NCBI GenBank assembly: GCA_965198115.1
Contig: OZ240241.1
Span: 704,001-768,000, forward strand
Direction of reading: 5' to 3'
DNA length: 64,000 bases
Source: Candidatus Latescibacterota bacterium
GTDB taxonomy: Bacteria > Latescibacterota > UBA2968
Shown here: positions 1 to 9,716 of the stretch, in pieces
Layout: every line of letters begins with the position of its first letter
How positions within the stretch are numbered: position 1 is the first letter of the stretch
Program-made: the position numbers and the translations under genes
The notes under the pieces: model-generated
What the model saw: only the letters and a program-made list of their open reading frames with translations
Databases searched by the model: none
What the model was told of the DNA's origin: nothing

Positions 1-1107
1 GTTAGGGTAGGGTCGCTTGTCGATCTCGGAGCGTACTCGGAGACCGGCTTGAGTGGTCGTTCCGGCAATGAGATTCACGGTTGCAGCCAGGCTGACCAGG
101 GGCTTGCCTCGCCAGTTCATAGCGATGAAGGAGAACAGGCGATGTTCGATCTTGTTCCACTTACTAGTGCCAGGAGGGTAGTGGCATACGGTGATCGTCA
201 GGCCAGTGCGATTCGCAAAGCGCTGCAGCTCCCACTTCCACAGCCGCGTCTTGGCGCCGTTGCTGCCGCCTGCGTCCGCCGTGATTAGCAGATGCGTCGA
301 AGTGCCGTAGGCGGGCCGTCCCATGTTCTTCCACCAACTTCGGATCGCATTCACGGCGAAGCTGGCCGTGTCGTGATCGATACCGACACTTACCCAGCCT
401 TCATCACGGCTCAGATCATACACTCCATAAGGGATCGCCTTGCCCTGAGCAGGCACTATGAAATCGTGTACCTTCACACGCTCCGGGTCTCCCTTGGGTC
501 GCCATTCTCGGCCAGGATTCTTGAAGTCGCCGATCAACTCTTTCTTCTTGGTGTCCACCGAGATAACGGGAAGGCCCTGCTGCTGCTGCTGGCTAATCCG
601 ATCATCGAGGTAAACGAACTGAGCGTCCCGATCCGGGTGTGCAGATCCCTCCCTTGTCTTCCGATTCGCCTGCAGCGTGTAATCGTGTTCGTGCAGGAGA
701 TTGGCAACGATCCTGGGGCTCACCGAATGCCCCATCGCTTGCAACTCGGCGGCCAGTTTGCGAGTGCTCTTCGATGTCCATCTCAGAGGATTGTCGTCAG
801 GCGACCCCGCAGTCGTTGGCTCGACCAGATCATTCAGGTCCTGCCACAGCGTCGGGTCCGTGTCGGCCTTCCGCTTACGACCGCCGCCTGGACGCCGGAT
901 GCGAGCCGGGTCCAAAGGTTCGTCCGACCTCAACTCCTGAATGCCACGAAAGATCCGCTCTCTGGACATTCCTGTCGCCAGAGCCACAATCGCGATCCCA
1001 CCGTGACCCAACGCTTCGGCTTCCGTGGCGGCCCACAGACGACGCGTGCGTTCCGTCAGCACCGGAGCCAAGGCTTCATACTTCGTTCGGAGAGTTTCGA
1101 CGTCCAC
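1..1107 (-). CDS. ISAzo13-family (Rhodopirellula-type) DDE transposase, 3' part outside window
   Basis: Manual translation from GTG at 1107: MDVETLRTKYEALAPVLTERTRRLWAATEAEALGHGGIAIVALATGMSRERIFRGIQEL, typical of the ISAzo13 N-terminus. The + strand ORFs here are its antisense shadow. Confidence 0.85.
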   Translation of the reverse strand, partial: MDVETLRTKYEALAPVLTERTRRLWAATEAEALGHGGIAIVALATGMSRERIFRGIQELRSDEPLDPARIRRPGGGRKRKADTDPTLWQDLNDLVEPTTAGSPDDNPLRWTSKSTRKLAAELQAMGHSVSPRIVANLLHEHDYTLQANRKTREGSAHPDRDAQFVYLDDRISQQQQQGLPVISVDTKKKELIGDFKNPGREWRPKGDPERVKVHDFIVPAQGKAIPYGVYDLSRDEGWVSVGIDHDTASFAVNAIRSWWKNMGRPAYGTSTHLLITADAGGSNGAKTRLWKWELQRFANRTGLTITVCHYPPGTSKWNKIEHRLFSFIAMNWRGKPLVSLAATVNLIAGTTTQAGLRVRSEIDKRPYPN

Positions 1108-1165
1108 ACTCCGAGCGTAAGATCATTACCTTGAAAAGTGCAGCACTTATTTCATGGCAAACCCT
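1..1165 (-). mobile_element. ISAzo13-family insertion sequence (partial, runs off left edge) inserted in hsdR
   Basis: Carries the minus-strand transposase below. Host hsdR coding sense stops abruptly at CTA|AGGGTTTGCCATGAAATAAG (~1165). The other end is outside the window. Confidence 0.85.
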
Positions 1166-1312
1166 TAGCGGTCTGCCGCGCCGTCCTTGCCCCTCCACCC
1201 GACCCGGCGTGATCGAATACTCGCGCCGAATCCGGCTACCTTCGACAACACCCCATCCAGCCGCGATCAACGCGGGGTCAATGTGTTCGATCCTTGTTTC
1301 GGCTTCGTTCAC
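1166..1312 (-). pseudogene. hsdR: Type I restriction enzyme R subunit (EcoAI/EcoEI-like), N-terminal fragment interrupted by ISAzo13
   Basis: MNEAETRIEHIDPALIAAGWGVVEGSRIRREYSITPGRVEGQGRRGRPL matches the EcoAI-type HsdR N-terminus. Its start overlaps the hsdS stop (GTGA). Confidence 0.8.
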
Positions 1313-2295
1313 AGGGCCCCCGTGAAGGCTTGGTGCAACAGGGACCTCTTCAATGCTTCCAAGGCATCGAGCTTACGCTCATAGATCGATTCGAGCCGTT
1401 GGGTTTCGGTGTTCAGATCATCCAGCATAGAAACGATGCCTCTTGCTGTCCTATTGGTGGAATAGGCAAAAGGCGACTCTCCATCGATCCCTTGCTCACG
1501 TGCATCATAGTTGTACCTGTACCCTGAGCTTGCTTGATCTGATCAACATCCCAATTGAGCAGGTGTAGCAAGAATCGCTTCTCAATGATCGCAGGGTTTG
1601 GAAGCACTTTCCAGATATGGTAGTGGTAGATCACCTTGCCGCCGTCCCAAATTCGAGGGCCAAAAGAGGCCGACCACGCATAGAGTAAGTCACCAGTGTC
1701 GCAATATTTGTCAGCATCCAACTCAAGATCGGAATAGTACCAATCTCTGTTTGTAAAAAAATTTCCCACACGAAGTAGGGGGTATTTCCCTGCACCAAGC
1801 ATTTCGTCTTTCTTATAGGCCCGACCATTTATGAGCGTACACACTTCAGCGAGTCGCCTCTTCGCCCACTCCTTTCCCCGTTGTGTGAAGACGGATTGGA
1901 GGTGGCTGTCAAAGAGGGCACGAGCGTTCTGGAGGTTCCTTTCACCGTTGACTTTTGCGGTGGCGATTCCCGCAAACGCTTCGTCGAGGATGGCAACAAC
2001 TCGGTGCTGCTCAGGAAGCGGTGGGATAGGAATCGGATAGTCTTGAATGAATTCCTTTGGCACTCGCTGGTGTCCAACTGCCCCACCCATTCGTGCCTTA
2101 CCCTCAGTTCTAAATTCCGGGCGAGCTAAGTAGTAGTAGAGGAATTCTTTGTTGAGCCTCGAAGAAGGTCGAAAGACGATGAATTCGCTGGAACCGAAAC
2201 CGATTCCGTTGCTCAAGTTTGCCGCGATCCCAAGCTTTCCGTTCTCAAAGCACGGAGTGATTTTCGCGAGAAGCACATCGCCTTCAGAAAAATAA
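1309..2295 (-). pseudogene. hsdS: Type I restriction-modification specificity subunit S, 5'-truncated by ISL3, frameshift near 1440
   Basis: TRD motifs GDVLLAKITPCFENGK and GFGSSEFIV, PIPPLPEQHRVVAILD, second TRD GDLLYAWSASFGP. The C-terminus LKRSLLHQAFTGAL is in another frame. Lower GC than the surroundings. Confidence 0.9.
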
Positions 2296-3715
2296 GGCTA
2301 TATCCGGATCTCTCAACGAGATGAAGTGGGTGAAGGTGCCGTGGTTCCTGGCATGGGGGCGCGGTTAGCGTGTGCGGAACCTCTTCGGAATCTGCTCAGG
2401 GATGTTTATGTCTCCGACGGTAAGGAAGATCATATCGTTGAATGCGTCGAGTGTGCGGAATCCGCTGGCTCGGTTCTTGACGATTTGGACGATTCGGTTG
2501 AGGCCTTCGGCGATGGCGTTGGTAAGACGCGTGTTCACGAATGCGAGGACGCCGAAGAAGTGCTGTCGCAGGGTCCTGACGAACTTTCGCAGGGGTTCAA
2601 GTCGACTTCTGAGTGCGGACGTCGTCCAGCATTTCAGGAAGCGTTCGGCAGCCCAGGGCGCTTTGTATTCCCAGAACTGCTCGAACTCGTCCTTGAGTCT
2701 CCAGGCTCTATAGATTCGGTAGTTCGCCTTCTCCAGTGCTTTGAGTGTCCGAGTATCCCCTCTGGAGCGTGTCGCTGAGTGCCGGTAGAGGAGCCATCGG
2801 AGGCCCTTCATGGCTTTGCGCTCATCCGGGGCAGCTTTACGCCACTGGTCCTTACGGACCTCGTCAACGGCGGCATTGAGAGCCTTGACGATGTGAAAGC
2901 GATCGAGGACCAGCTTGGCATTCGGACAGTGTTCCTGGATGGCTCCGATGTAAGCTTCGCTCATGTCGCAGCAGGCCCACTCGATCTTGGATCTCCGGTA
3001 GGGACTGAGAGCCTCTGTGAAGAACCGATCGATCGTTTTACGCGCCCTGCCGCGGCCAACCCACACCACGCAGGAGCGGTCCAGATCGTAAACGAGCGTG
3101 GCGTACCTGTGACGCTTGGCGTAGGAGATCTCGTCGATCCCGATGGTTTTGAGCCCTCGGATACGATGACCTTCACGAAGCCGCGTGATGGATCGGTGAA
3201 GGAGATCCGACAGCGTCGAGGCAGAGATGCGCAGCAACTCGGACGCCGCCTTCTGCGTCATGGTCTGGCAGTAGCGCAGCATGGCATACTCGAAGCGATA
3301 CGTCACCCGAGAGAACCGCTCCGCCCACGGAATCTCCTCGACCACACGACCGTGGGTAGGACACCGAATCTCCCGAGGATGGTAGAGAAGCCAGACCCTC
3401 CACCCGCACACCGGAATGTCACGCCACCGACGCGGATGGGGCATTGTGCGGACGATTTTACCTCGACGGCCGCACTCCGGACAACAACAACCATTCTTAT
3501 GTGGCTTTACGGCGATGACGAAACAGCTTCTCCCCTCAAACCACCAGCTGACAACACGGAACCCCTTGAATCTCAGCAGTTTCGATAGTAATCTGCTCCC
3601 GGTCATAGGTCGCACCCCCTTCGCTTTGATTGTCCTACACACACAACCAAGCGTAGGGAACGATCTATGACCTTGTCATTCTATAGTTTCACCGTTGAGA
3701 AACCCGGATAGAGCC
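2296..3715 (-). mobile_element. ISL3-family insertion sequence, copy 1
   Basis: Terminal IRs GGCTATATCCGGATCTCTCAACG / CGTTGAGAAACCCGGATAGAGCC. Near-identical to 57007..58427. No matching TSD. Confidence 0.95.
2365..3642 (-). CDS. ISL3-family transposase
   Basis: CPECG zinc finger, IGIDEIS, CCDMS, LDRFHIVK and TNAIAEGLN motifs. Confidence 0.95.
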   Translation of the reverse strand: MCRTIKAKGVRPMTGSRLLSKLLRFKGFRVVSWWFEGRSCFVIAVKPHKNGCCCPECGRRGKIVRTMPHPRRWRDIPVCGWRVWLLYHPREIRCPTHGRVVEEIPWAERFSRVTYRFEYAMLRYCQTMTQKAASELLRISASTLSDLLHRSITRLREGHRIRGLKTIGIDEISYAKRHRYATLVYDLDRSCVVWVGRGRARKTIDRFFTEALSPYRRSKIEWACCDMSEAYIGAIQEHCPNAKLVLDRFHIVKALNAAVDEVRKDQWRKAAPDERKAMKGLRWLLYRHSATRSRGDTRTLKALEKANYRIYRAWRLKDEFEQFWEYKAPWAAERFLKCWTTSALRSRLEPLRKFVRTLRQHFFGVLAFVNTRLTNAIAEGLNRIVQIVKNRASGFRTLDAFNDMIFLTVGDINIPEQIPKRFRTR

Positions 3716-3785
3716 TGGAAAATGGGGGCGATCGTGTTTATCTTGAGCGTCCTGAATCTGGCTAAGGACGCCGAAAGGAGGGACG

Positions 3786-4571
3786 ATGCTGGAACTCAAT
3801 CTGGGCGGAAAAGTGGCACTCGTGACGGGAGGTAGTGAAGGAATCGGGAAGGGGATCGCGTGGAAACTGTCTGAAGAGGGGTGTTCTGTCGCGATCTGCG
3901 CACGGCGCGATGATGTACTGCAGGCGGCTGCGCTGGAGATTAGGGACGATACGGGGGGCGCGGTGCTGGCTGTGCAGGCGGATGTGACGCAGGCGACGGA
4001 CATCGAGACGTTCGTGTCGGCCGCGATCGATGCCTACGGCGGCGTCGATATTCTGGTGAACAATGCGGGACGGTCAGCGGGTTTTCCGTTCGAAGAAGCG
4101 ACGGATGAAGCCTGGCTGGAGGATTTCGATCTGAAGTTCTGGGCGGCCGTGCGTGGATCGCGTTGCGTTTTGCCTTCGATGAAGGAACGAGGCGGTGGAA
4201 ACATCATCAACGTGACACATCCAGGAGGGAAAGCGCCTGGTGGCGGCTCGGTCCCGACGTCGATCAGCCGAGCGGCTGGAATCGCGTTTACGAAGGCGTT
4301 GTCGCACGACTGCGCGTCCTATGGCATTCGTGTGAACACCGTTTGCCTGACGAACATCAAATCGGCACAAGGCGTGCGCGCGTGGGAATCGCTGGACACA
4401 GAAGAGTCCTACGAAGCGTGGTGCGACCGAATCGGGAAGGACATTCCCCTCGGGCGGATGGGGGAAGCGAGCGAGGTGGGCGATCTGGTGGCGTTCCTGG
4501 TGTCGGAGCGGGCGGCGTTCATCACGGGGACGTCGGTGAACATCGATGGGGGGACATCGCACGTTGTGTGA
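3786..4571 (+). CDS. Short-chain dehydrogenase/reductase (SDR)
   Basis: TGGSEGIG, NNAG, ITGTSVNIDGG; GGAGG RBS upstream. Confidence 0.92.
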   Translation: MLELNLGGKVALVTGGSEGIGKGIAWKLSEEGCSVAICARRDDVLQAAALEIRDDTGGAVLAVQADVTQATDIETFVSAAIDAYGGVDILVNNAGRSAGFPFEEATDEAWLEDFDLKFWAAVRGSRCVLPSMKERGGGNIINVTHPGGKAPGGGSVPTSISRAAGIAFTKALSHDCASYGIRVNTVCLTNIKSAQGVRAWESLDTEESYEAWCDRIGKDIPLGRMGEASEVGDLVAFLVSERAAFITGTSVNIDGGTSHVV

Positions 4572-4722
4572 CCAAGATGCGCCACTGAGAGCGCTGAGAA
4601 CACTGAGGGAGAGTGCGCTTAGTTGAGGGGTCGCATGTTCGGTGTCAGTGTTCGGTTGTTCAGGGAAATCCTTAGCGGTTGTAATCGGAGTAGAGGGTAG
4701 TTAACGCCACAGCAGAAAAACG

Positions 4723-4753
4723 AAGGGCTTCCATTGTCGATGGAAGCCCTTTC
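4723..4753. terminator. Hairpin between convergent genes, probable intrinsic terminator
   Basis: AAGGGCTTCCA-ttgtcga-TGGAAGCCCTT stem with an A-run upstream. Confidence 0.7.
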
Positions 4754-4774
4754 GAGTTTAACGATGGTGGTGGA

Positions 4775-5851
4775 TTACGCGCTAGGAAGAACCGGGGCGA
4801 CTTCTTGTGCAAGGCGATCCATCGATTTTTCCCACAGTTCGCGTTTGTCCCAGTCGTGGGTGATCATCAACAGGGTGCCGAAGCCGCCGGTTTCGTCCCA
4901 GAGGGCCTGGAGTCTTTCGGTGCAAGTGGCGACGTCGCCGAAGATGCAGAGTTCCTTGATGATATAATCGGGGGTGACGTCGGAATCGGGCATATCGGGA
5001 TCGCGCTTCGTAATCCAGAGCATCTTGGCCCCAGTCAACAGCGTGATCAGATAGTCGAACGCGCGATACACGGCGCTGTTCATCATATAGTCCAACGCCT
5101 CGTCGTTCGAATCGGCGATGAGGACGGTTCGTGAGATACGCCAGTCAGCACGGTTGGGGACAGGGCGTCCGGCGCCCTCGGCCCCGTCGCAGTAGGTCTT
5201 CCACTGTTCTTTGAGAATGTTTCCGGGCACCAGGTTTGTACTCACCGGATAGTAGCCGCGCGCACCGGCCATCGTGGCCGCTTTCGAATCGGGGCGGATG
5301 ACGCTCATCCCTATCGGGGGATGGGGCTTCTGGTAAGGATGCAGGATCGAGCCGATGCCCTTTTCGGGAATCGGGTTTTCAATCTTGATGTGCCAGAAGT
5401 CGCCCTTGAAATCGAAGGGAGGCTCTGCTTGCCAGAGCTTCAGGATCATATCGATCGACTCGACCGTCATCAAGCCTTGGGTTGCAGGGTCGGGGAGTTC
5501 GAAGAGTCCCCAATCCGTCTGGACGCCCCCCTGGCCGAAGCCGCAGTTGATCCGCCCGCGAGAAAGATGGTCGAGGTAGGCCAGTCGAACCGCGACGTTG
5601 ACGGGATGATGCTGCGGAAGGATTGAAACGCCTGTCCCGAGTCGAATCGACTCGGTTCTGGGTAGCACGTTCGCGATGAAAAGATCGTTCGACGGGATCG
5701 GCTCCCAGGCGACCGAATGATGCTGGCCGATCCAGGCTTCCTTGAACCCGAGCTGATCGGCTCGAACAACGAGGTCGATGTCTTCCTCGAAGGAGATCGT
5801 TCGGTCCTTCTCGGGGGGATGAAGCGGCATCATAAATATGCCGAGGTCCAC
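4775..5851 (-). CDS. LLM-class flavin-dependent oxidoreductase (luciferase-like monooxygenase)
   Basis: MDLGIFMMPLHP, ADQLGFKEAWIGQHH, IRLGTGV, LDHLSRGR, LAQEVAP. Confidence 0.92.
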   Translation of the reverse strand: MDLGIFMMPLHPPEKDRTISFEEDIDLVVRADQLGFKEAWIGQHHSVAWEPIPSNDLFIANVLPRTESIRLGTGVSILPQHHPVNVAVRLAYLDHLSRGRINCGFGQGGVQTDWGLFELPDPATQGLMTVESIDMILKLWQAEPPFDFKGDFWHIKIENPIPEKGIGSILHPYQKPHPPIGMSVIRPDSKAATMAGARGYYPVSTNLVPGNILKEQWKTYCDGAEGAGRPVPNRADWRISRTVLIADSNDEALDYMMNSAVYRAFDYLITLLTGAKMLWITKRDPDMPDSDVTPDYIIKELCIFGDVATCTERLQALWDETGGFGTLLMITHDWDKRELWEKSMDRLAQEVAPVLPSA

Positions 5852-5890
5852 AGTTTCCTCCTGGGCTGATGAAAGACGCGCAAGCGTTGA

Positions 5891-7009
5891 TCAGGGTATG
5901 GGTGGATGTTTCGCGATCGCCTCCTCGACAATCTCGCAGCCGAGCCCGGGACGATCGGACATCTGAACGTAGCCATCTACGATAACAGTCGGGTTCGTGA
6001 CGATGTCGTTGCGCCAGGGGACGTCATCGTGTTCGTATTCGAGAATCTTGAAGTTTTCGAGTGTCGCGCATAGATGCGCGGCCTGCCAACCACCGAGGCA
6101 ACCGTGTGAATTGTGCGGCGCGAACAGAATGTCGTAGGTGTTGGCATAGTCAGCGACCTTCTTGCCCATCGTGATTCCGTTCCAGACGGTGTCGGGCATC
6201 ACGATGTCGAAAGCGTGGTTCTCAAAGAAGGGCTTGAAGCCCTGGGTTCGGTAAACGCTCTCGCCGATGCAGATGGGCGTGGACGTTGACTCCCTGACGG
6301 ATTTGAGCGCGAGAGGGTCGAGCGTCTCGGCTTCGAGCCAGAGCATATTGAAAGGCTCCAACGCCTTCGCAAGTTTTCGAATGCCGGCCATCTTGAACGA
6401 GAAGGCCACGTCGAGCGCGATGCTGCATTCGGAACCGAGAGCGTCCTGCCAGGCGCCGATCCATTCGACGATACCGTCGAGCGTGCCGGGTGAGATATCA
6501 CCACTGTCTTCGGGCGTGAGGGAATAATTGACCTTGACGTCTCGGAACCCGAGCTCACGGACGTAATCGGCGCACGCTGTGACATCCTCCAGGGATCTGA
6601 CCGGGGGCGCGTCGGGGTTTGCGGGTTCGGGTCTTCCACAGTGGGTGTAATAGCAGCGAATGCGATCGTTGACGAGTCCACCCAGGAGCTCGTAGACGGG
6701 AACGCCGAGCGCCTTGCCTTTGATATCGAGCAGGGCTGCGTCAATGCCGGAGATGGCCTGGTGGGCGACGCCAGCCGTCTGCCGCTGCGTCAGCCGGTAG
6801 AGATCGATCTGGATGCGCTCGGTCTGGAAGGGGTCGCGTCCGATGACGTGCTCACCGATGTACTCGATCGCCGGTTTGAGCATCCGATCGGAACGCATAC
6901 AGTTACATTCCGAAAAGCCGGTGATGCCATCGTCGGTTTGCACCTTGACGAAGTTCTGGGTGCGCCAGCCTCCGTCGCACTGGAGCACTTCGACAGATGT
7001 GATTTTCAT
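5891..7009 (-). CDS. Mandelate racemase/muconate lactonizing enzyme family (sugar-acid dehydratase-like)
   Basis: MKITSVE start, ISGIDAALLDIKGKALGVPVYELLGG, TPICIGE, APHN, PGLG. Start reassigned to ATG 7009. Confidence 0.9.
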   Translation of the reverse strand: MKITSVEVLQCDGGWRTQNFVKVQTDDGITGFSECNCMRSDRMLKPAIEYIGEHVIGRDPFQTERIQIDLYRLTQRQTAGVAHQAISGIDAALLDIKGKALGVPVYELLGGLVNDRIRCYYTHCGRPEPANPDAPPVRSLEDVTACADYVRELGFRDVKVNYSLTPEDSGDISPGTLDGIVEWIGAWQDALGSECSIALDVAFSFKMAGIRKLAKALEPFNMLWLEAETLDPLALKSVRESTSTPICIGESVYRTQGFKPFFENHAFDIVMPDTVWNGITMGKKVADYANTYDILFAPHNSHGCLGGWQAAHLCATLENFKILEYEHDDVPWRNDIVTNPTVIVDGYVQMSDRPGLGCEIVEEAIAKHPPIP

Positions 7010-7173
7010 TCTACCTCGCGTGGACAAGACAGCCACTGAGCCCACTGAGGACCCAGAGAAATCTGACTTCATTGACGGAATCGCAACGCTCAAGATACTC
7101 TTTCCTTTCGATAAAGCAGGGGCTTTCTTGCCATCGTCGGAAGTGCAAGGACAAGATTTCCAAGAGGTGAGCA

Positions 7174-8781
7174 ATGGCTGATTCAGGGGCCGTGCGATTG
7201 ATCGATTCGCTCGTGGCGGAGGGCGTTCGGACGCTGTTCTCGTTATCGGGCAACCAGATTATGTCCGTCTACGACGCGACGATTGGACGGGACATCGAGC
7301 TGATCCATACGCGTCACGAGGCGGCGGCTGTCCATATGGCCGATGCTGCCGGACGGCTGACCGGGGAGCCCGGTGTGGCGCTTCTGCCGGCAGGGCCAGG
7401 GCACTGCAACGCGATTTCCGCACTCTACGTGGCTCTGATGGCGGAGTCACCGGTCGTTGTGATCAGCGGCCACGCGCCGCTGGGCCAGGCCGGAATGGGC
7501 GCCTTTCAGGATATCGACCAGGTGACGACTTCGAAACCTGTGACGAAGGCGACCTGGCTGATCGAGGACGCGAATCGTATCGGATCCGATATCCGCGAAG
7601 CGCTCGAAATCGCCAGATCGGGGCGACCGGGGTCGGTTCACCTGAGCGTCCCGGAGGATGTCCTGAAGGCAAGTGCGGATCTGAAATCGGAGAACGGAGA
7701 ACGGAGAACGGAGAACGAAAGGCCTGGTGGCGTTGACGCGTCTTTCCTCGGTGAAGTACTCCGTCTGTTGAATGAAGCGGAGCGGCCAGTGATTTTGGCG
7801 GGACCGGGAATGGCGAGGGGATCCCGGTGGGACGCGATCGCGGCACTCTCCGATGCGACGGGAGTCCCTGCGCTTCCGATGATGAGTCCGCGTGGGGTCA
7901 ACGACCCGTGGCTGCACGAAGCGGCAAACTGCCTCGCGGGGGCCGATCTGGTTTTGCTCGTGGGGAAGAAGCTCGATTTCTCGCTCCGCTTTGGGGCGTC
8001 GCCCCCGTTCACGGAGGGATGTCGCTTCATCCAAATCGAGTCGGATGCGGAGCAATTGAAGGACGGTCCGCGTGTGGTTTTGAGATGTCACGCGGATCCG
8101 AGTGAAGTGGCTCGGGCGCTTGCCGCTGAAGCTGGCGACGGGGGATCGCACGCCGCGTGGCGCGACGAGGTCGAGGCCGCTCGAGATAAGGTTCCCGTAG
8201 AGTGGTCGTCGATGCGACGGCTGGACCGCAGGCCCATTCATCCCCTACGCATCTGTCAGGCCATTCAGCCCTATCTGGACAAGGGTGCGATGTTCGTGAG
8301 CGACGGCGGAGAATTCGGTCAGTGGGTGCAGGCCGGCCTCGATGCCGAGACGCGACTGATCAATGGACCCGCGGGGGCGATCGGGAGCGCGATTCCGTTG
8401 GCGATCGGAGCCAAACAGATTGACCGGTCACGCGGCGTATTCGCATTCGTCGGCGACGGTACGTTCGGTTACCACGCGATGGAGCTGGACACGGCCGTGC
8501 GCTACGATCTGCCGATCGTCGTTATCATCGGCAACGACGCGAGATGGAATGCGGAGCATCAGATTCAACTGAATACGTATGGCGCGGATCGCACCGTCGG
8601 GTGCGACCTGCTGCTCTCCCGTTACGACCGGGTCATCCAGGCGCTCGGTGGCTACGGGGCTTTCGTCCAGGATGCACAAGAACTGGGTGGCGCCGTGGCT
8701 CAGGCGGTATCGTCCGGGTTGCCTGCGTGCGTGAACGTCGCGATCGAGAGCGCCGCGGCACCTACGCTACTCAAACATTGA
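7174..8781 (+). CDS. Thiamine pyrophosphate-binding protein (acetolactate synthase-like)
   Basis: TRHEAAAVHMADA, GPGHCN and the ThDP motif GDGTFGY...IIGND. Confidence 0.92.
   Translation: MADSGAVRLIDSLVAEGVRTLFSLSGNQIMSVYDATIGRDIELIHTRHEAAAVHMADAAGRLTGEPGVALLPAGPGHCNAISALYVALMAESPVVVISGHAPLGQAGMGAFQDIDQVTTSKPVTKATWLIEDANRIGSDIREALEIARSGRPGSVHLSVPEDVLKASADLKSENGERRTENERPGGVDASFLGEVLRLLNEAERPVILAGPGMARGSRWDAIAALSDATGVPALPMMSPRGVNDPWLHEAANCLAGADLVLLVGKKLDFSLRFGASPPFTEGCRFIQIESDAEQLKDGPRVVLRCHADPSEVARALAAEAGDGGSHAAWRDEVEAARDKVPVEWSSMRRLDRRPIHPLRICQAIQPYLDKGAMFVSDGGEFGQWVQAGLDAETRLINGPAGAIGSAIPLAIGAKQIDRSRGVFAFVGDGTFGYHAMELDTAVRYDLPIVVIIGNDARWNAEHQIQLNTYGADRTVGCDLLLSRYDRVIQALGGYGAFVQDAQELGGAVAQAVSSGLPACVNVAIESAAAPTLLKH
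7688..7715 (+). repeat. Heptamer tandem repeat (CGGAGAA)x4 inside the ThDP enzyme gene
   Basis: Read directly; encodes SENGERRTEN in an inter-domain linker. Confidence 0.9.
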
Positions 8782-8806
8782 GAATCGAAAATCGAACACT
8801 GGGAAT

Positions 8807-9652
8807 GTGATGTACATCGAGGTTACGGCAGAAGAAAGAGCAAGGGGCGGAATGGACGAGGTCAAAATGGCCCAAGCTGTTGATGCGGTTCGCACTCAGG
8901 GCTTCGTGATTCTGGAAGACGTCGTCGATCACGATCACCTGAATGTGCTTAAGGCTCGGATGGATGAGGATGCAGAACGCAAGATCCGGTGCTCGAAATG
9001 GGGGGGCGCAGGAGCGGTCAAAGGACACCTTCAGCACAAGCCTCCGCCTTTCACTCCCTACGTGTTCGAAGATGTGGTGGCGAACCCGTTCGTGCTTCAG
9101 GTGACGCACGGCGTGCTGGGCGACGGATTGTTCAACTGGTTCTATTCGGGCAACACGAACTGTCCAGGCAGCGGAACGCAACCCTTACATCCAGATCAAC
9201 TTCCGTTGTGGGCGGGGCTCGATCAGGCTCATCCTGCCAGCAATCTGGTCGTCAACATCTCACCCGAGGATACGTCGGAGGATAACGGAGCAGTCGAAAT
9301 CTGGCCGGGGACACATCTGTTGATCGTCGAGCCGGATTACGAGAAGTCCGGAGACCGGTTTCCGAAAACCGTGGTCAAAAAGAGGCGGAAGGAAGTGCCT
9401 CCGATTCGCGGAGCAGCGCGGAAGGGAAGCGTTCTGATTCGAGATATGCGCCTGTGGCACCGTGGCGTGCCCAATCCCAGCGACAGCCCACGCCATATGA
9501 TCGCGTTGATTCACACGATCCACTGGTATCGGAACCCGGGGCTGCTCAAGTTCGAGAAAGGTTGCGAGGAGGCCTTTCCCGATTGCAAGCTGGACCACAA
9601 CGTCGAGTTCGTGGATGAACTGATCGACTATATGAACAATCCACGGCCGTAA
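8807..9652 (+). CDS. Phytanoyl-CoA dioxygenase (PhyH) family Fe(II)/2OG enzyme
   Basis: QPLHPD...NGAVEIWPGTH...RDMRLWHRG (HxD...H triad). Confidence 0.9.
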   Translation: MMYIEVTAEERARGGMDEVKMAQAVDAVRTQGFVILEDVVDHDHLNVLKARMDEDAERKIRCSKWGGAGAVKGHLQHKPPPFTPYVFEDVVANPFVLQVTHGVLGDGLFNWFYSGNTNCPGSGTQPLHPDQLPLWAGLDQAHPASNLVVNISPEDTSEDNGAVEIWPGTHLLIVEPDYEKSGDRFPKTVVKKRRKEVPPIRGAARKGSVLIRDMRLWHRGVPNPSDSPRHMIALIHTIHWYRNPGLLKFEKGCEEAFPDCKLDHNVEFVDELIDYMNNPRP

Positions 9653-9716
9653 GACCACAAGGCGATATCCGAGATCCGATCCGAGATATCCGATATCAGA
9701 GAGATGATGCCACTCA

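Noticed and set aside
292-1134. Long + strand ORF (280 aa) and many similar long ORFs (e.g. 2779..3588, 23930..25000, 35055..36125, 44986..46320)
   Set aside because: They are antisense or alternate-frame shadows of well-supported genes in GC-rich DNA and carry no motifs of their own.
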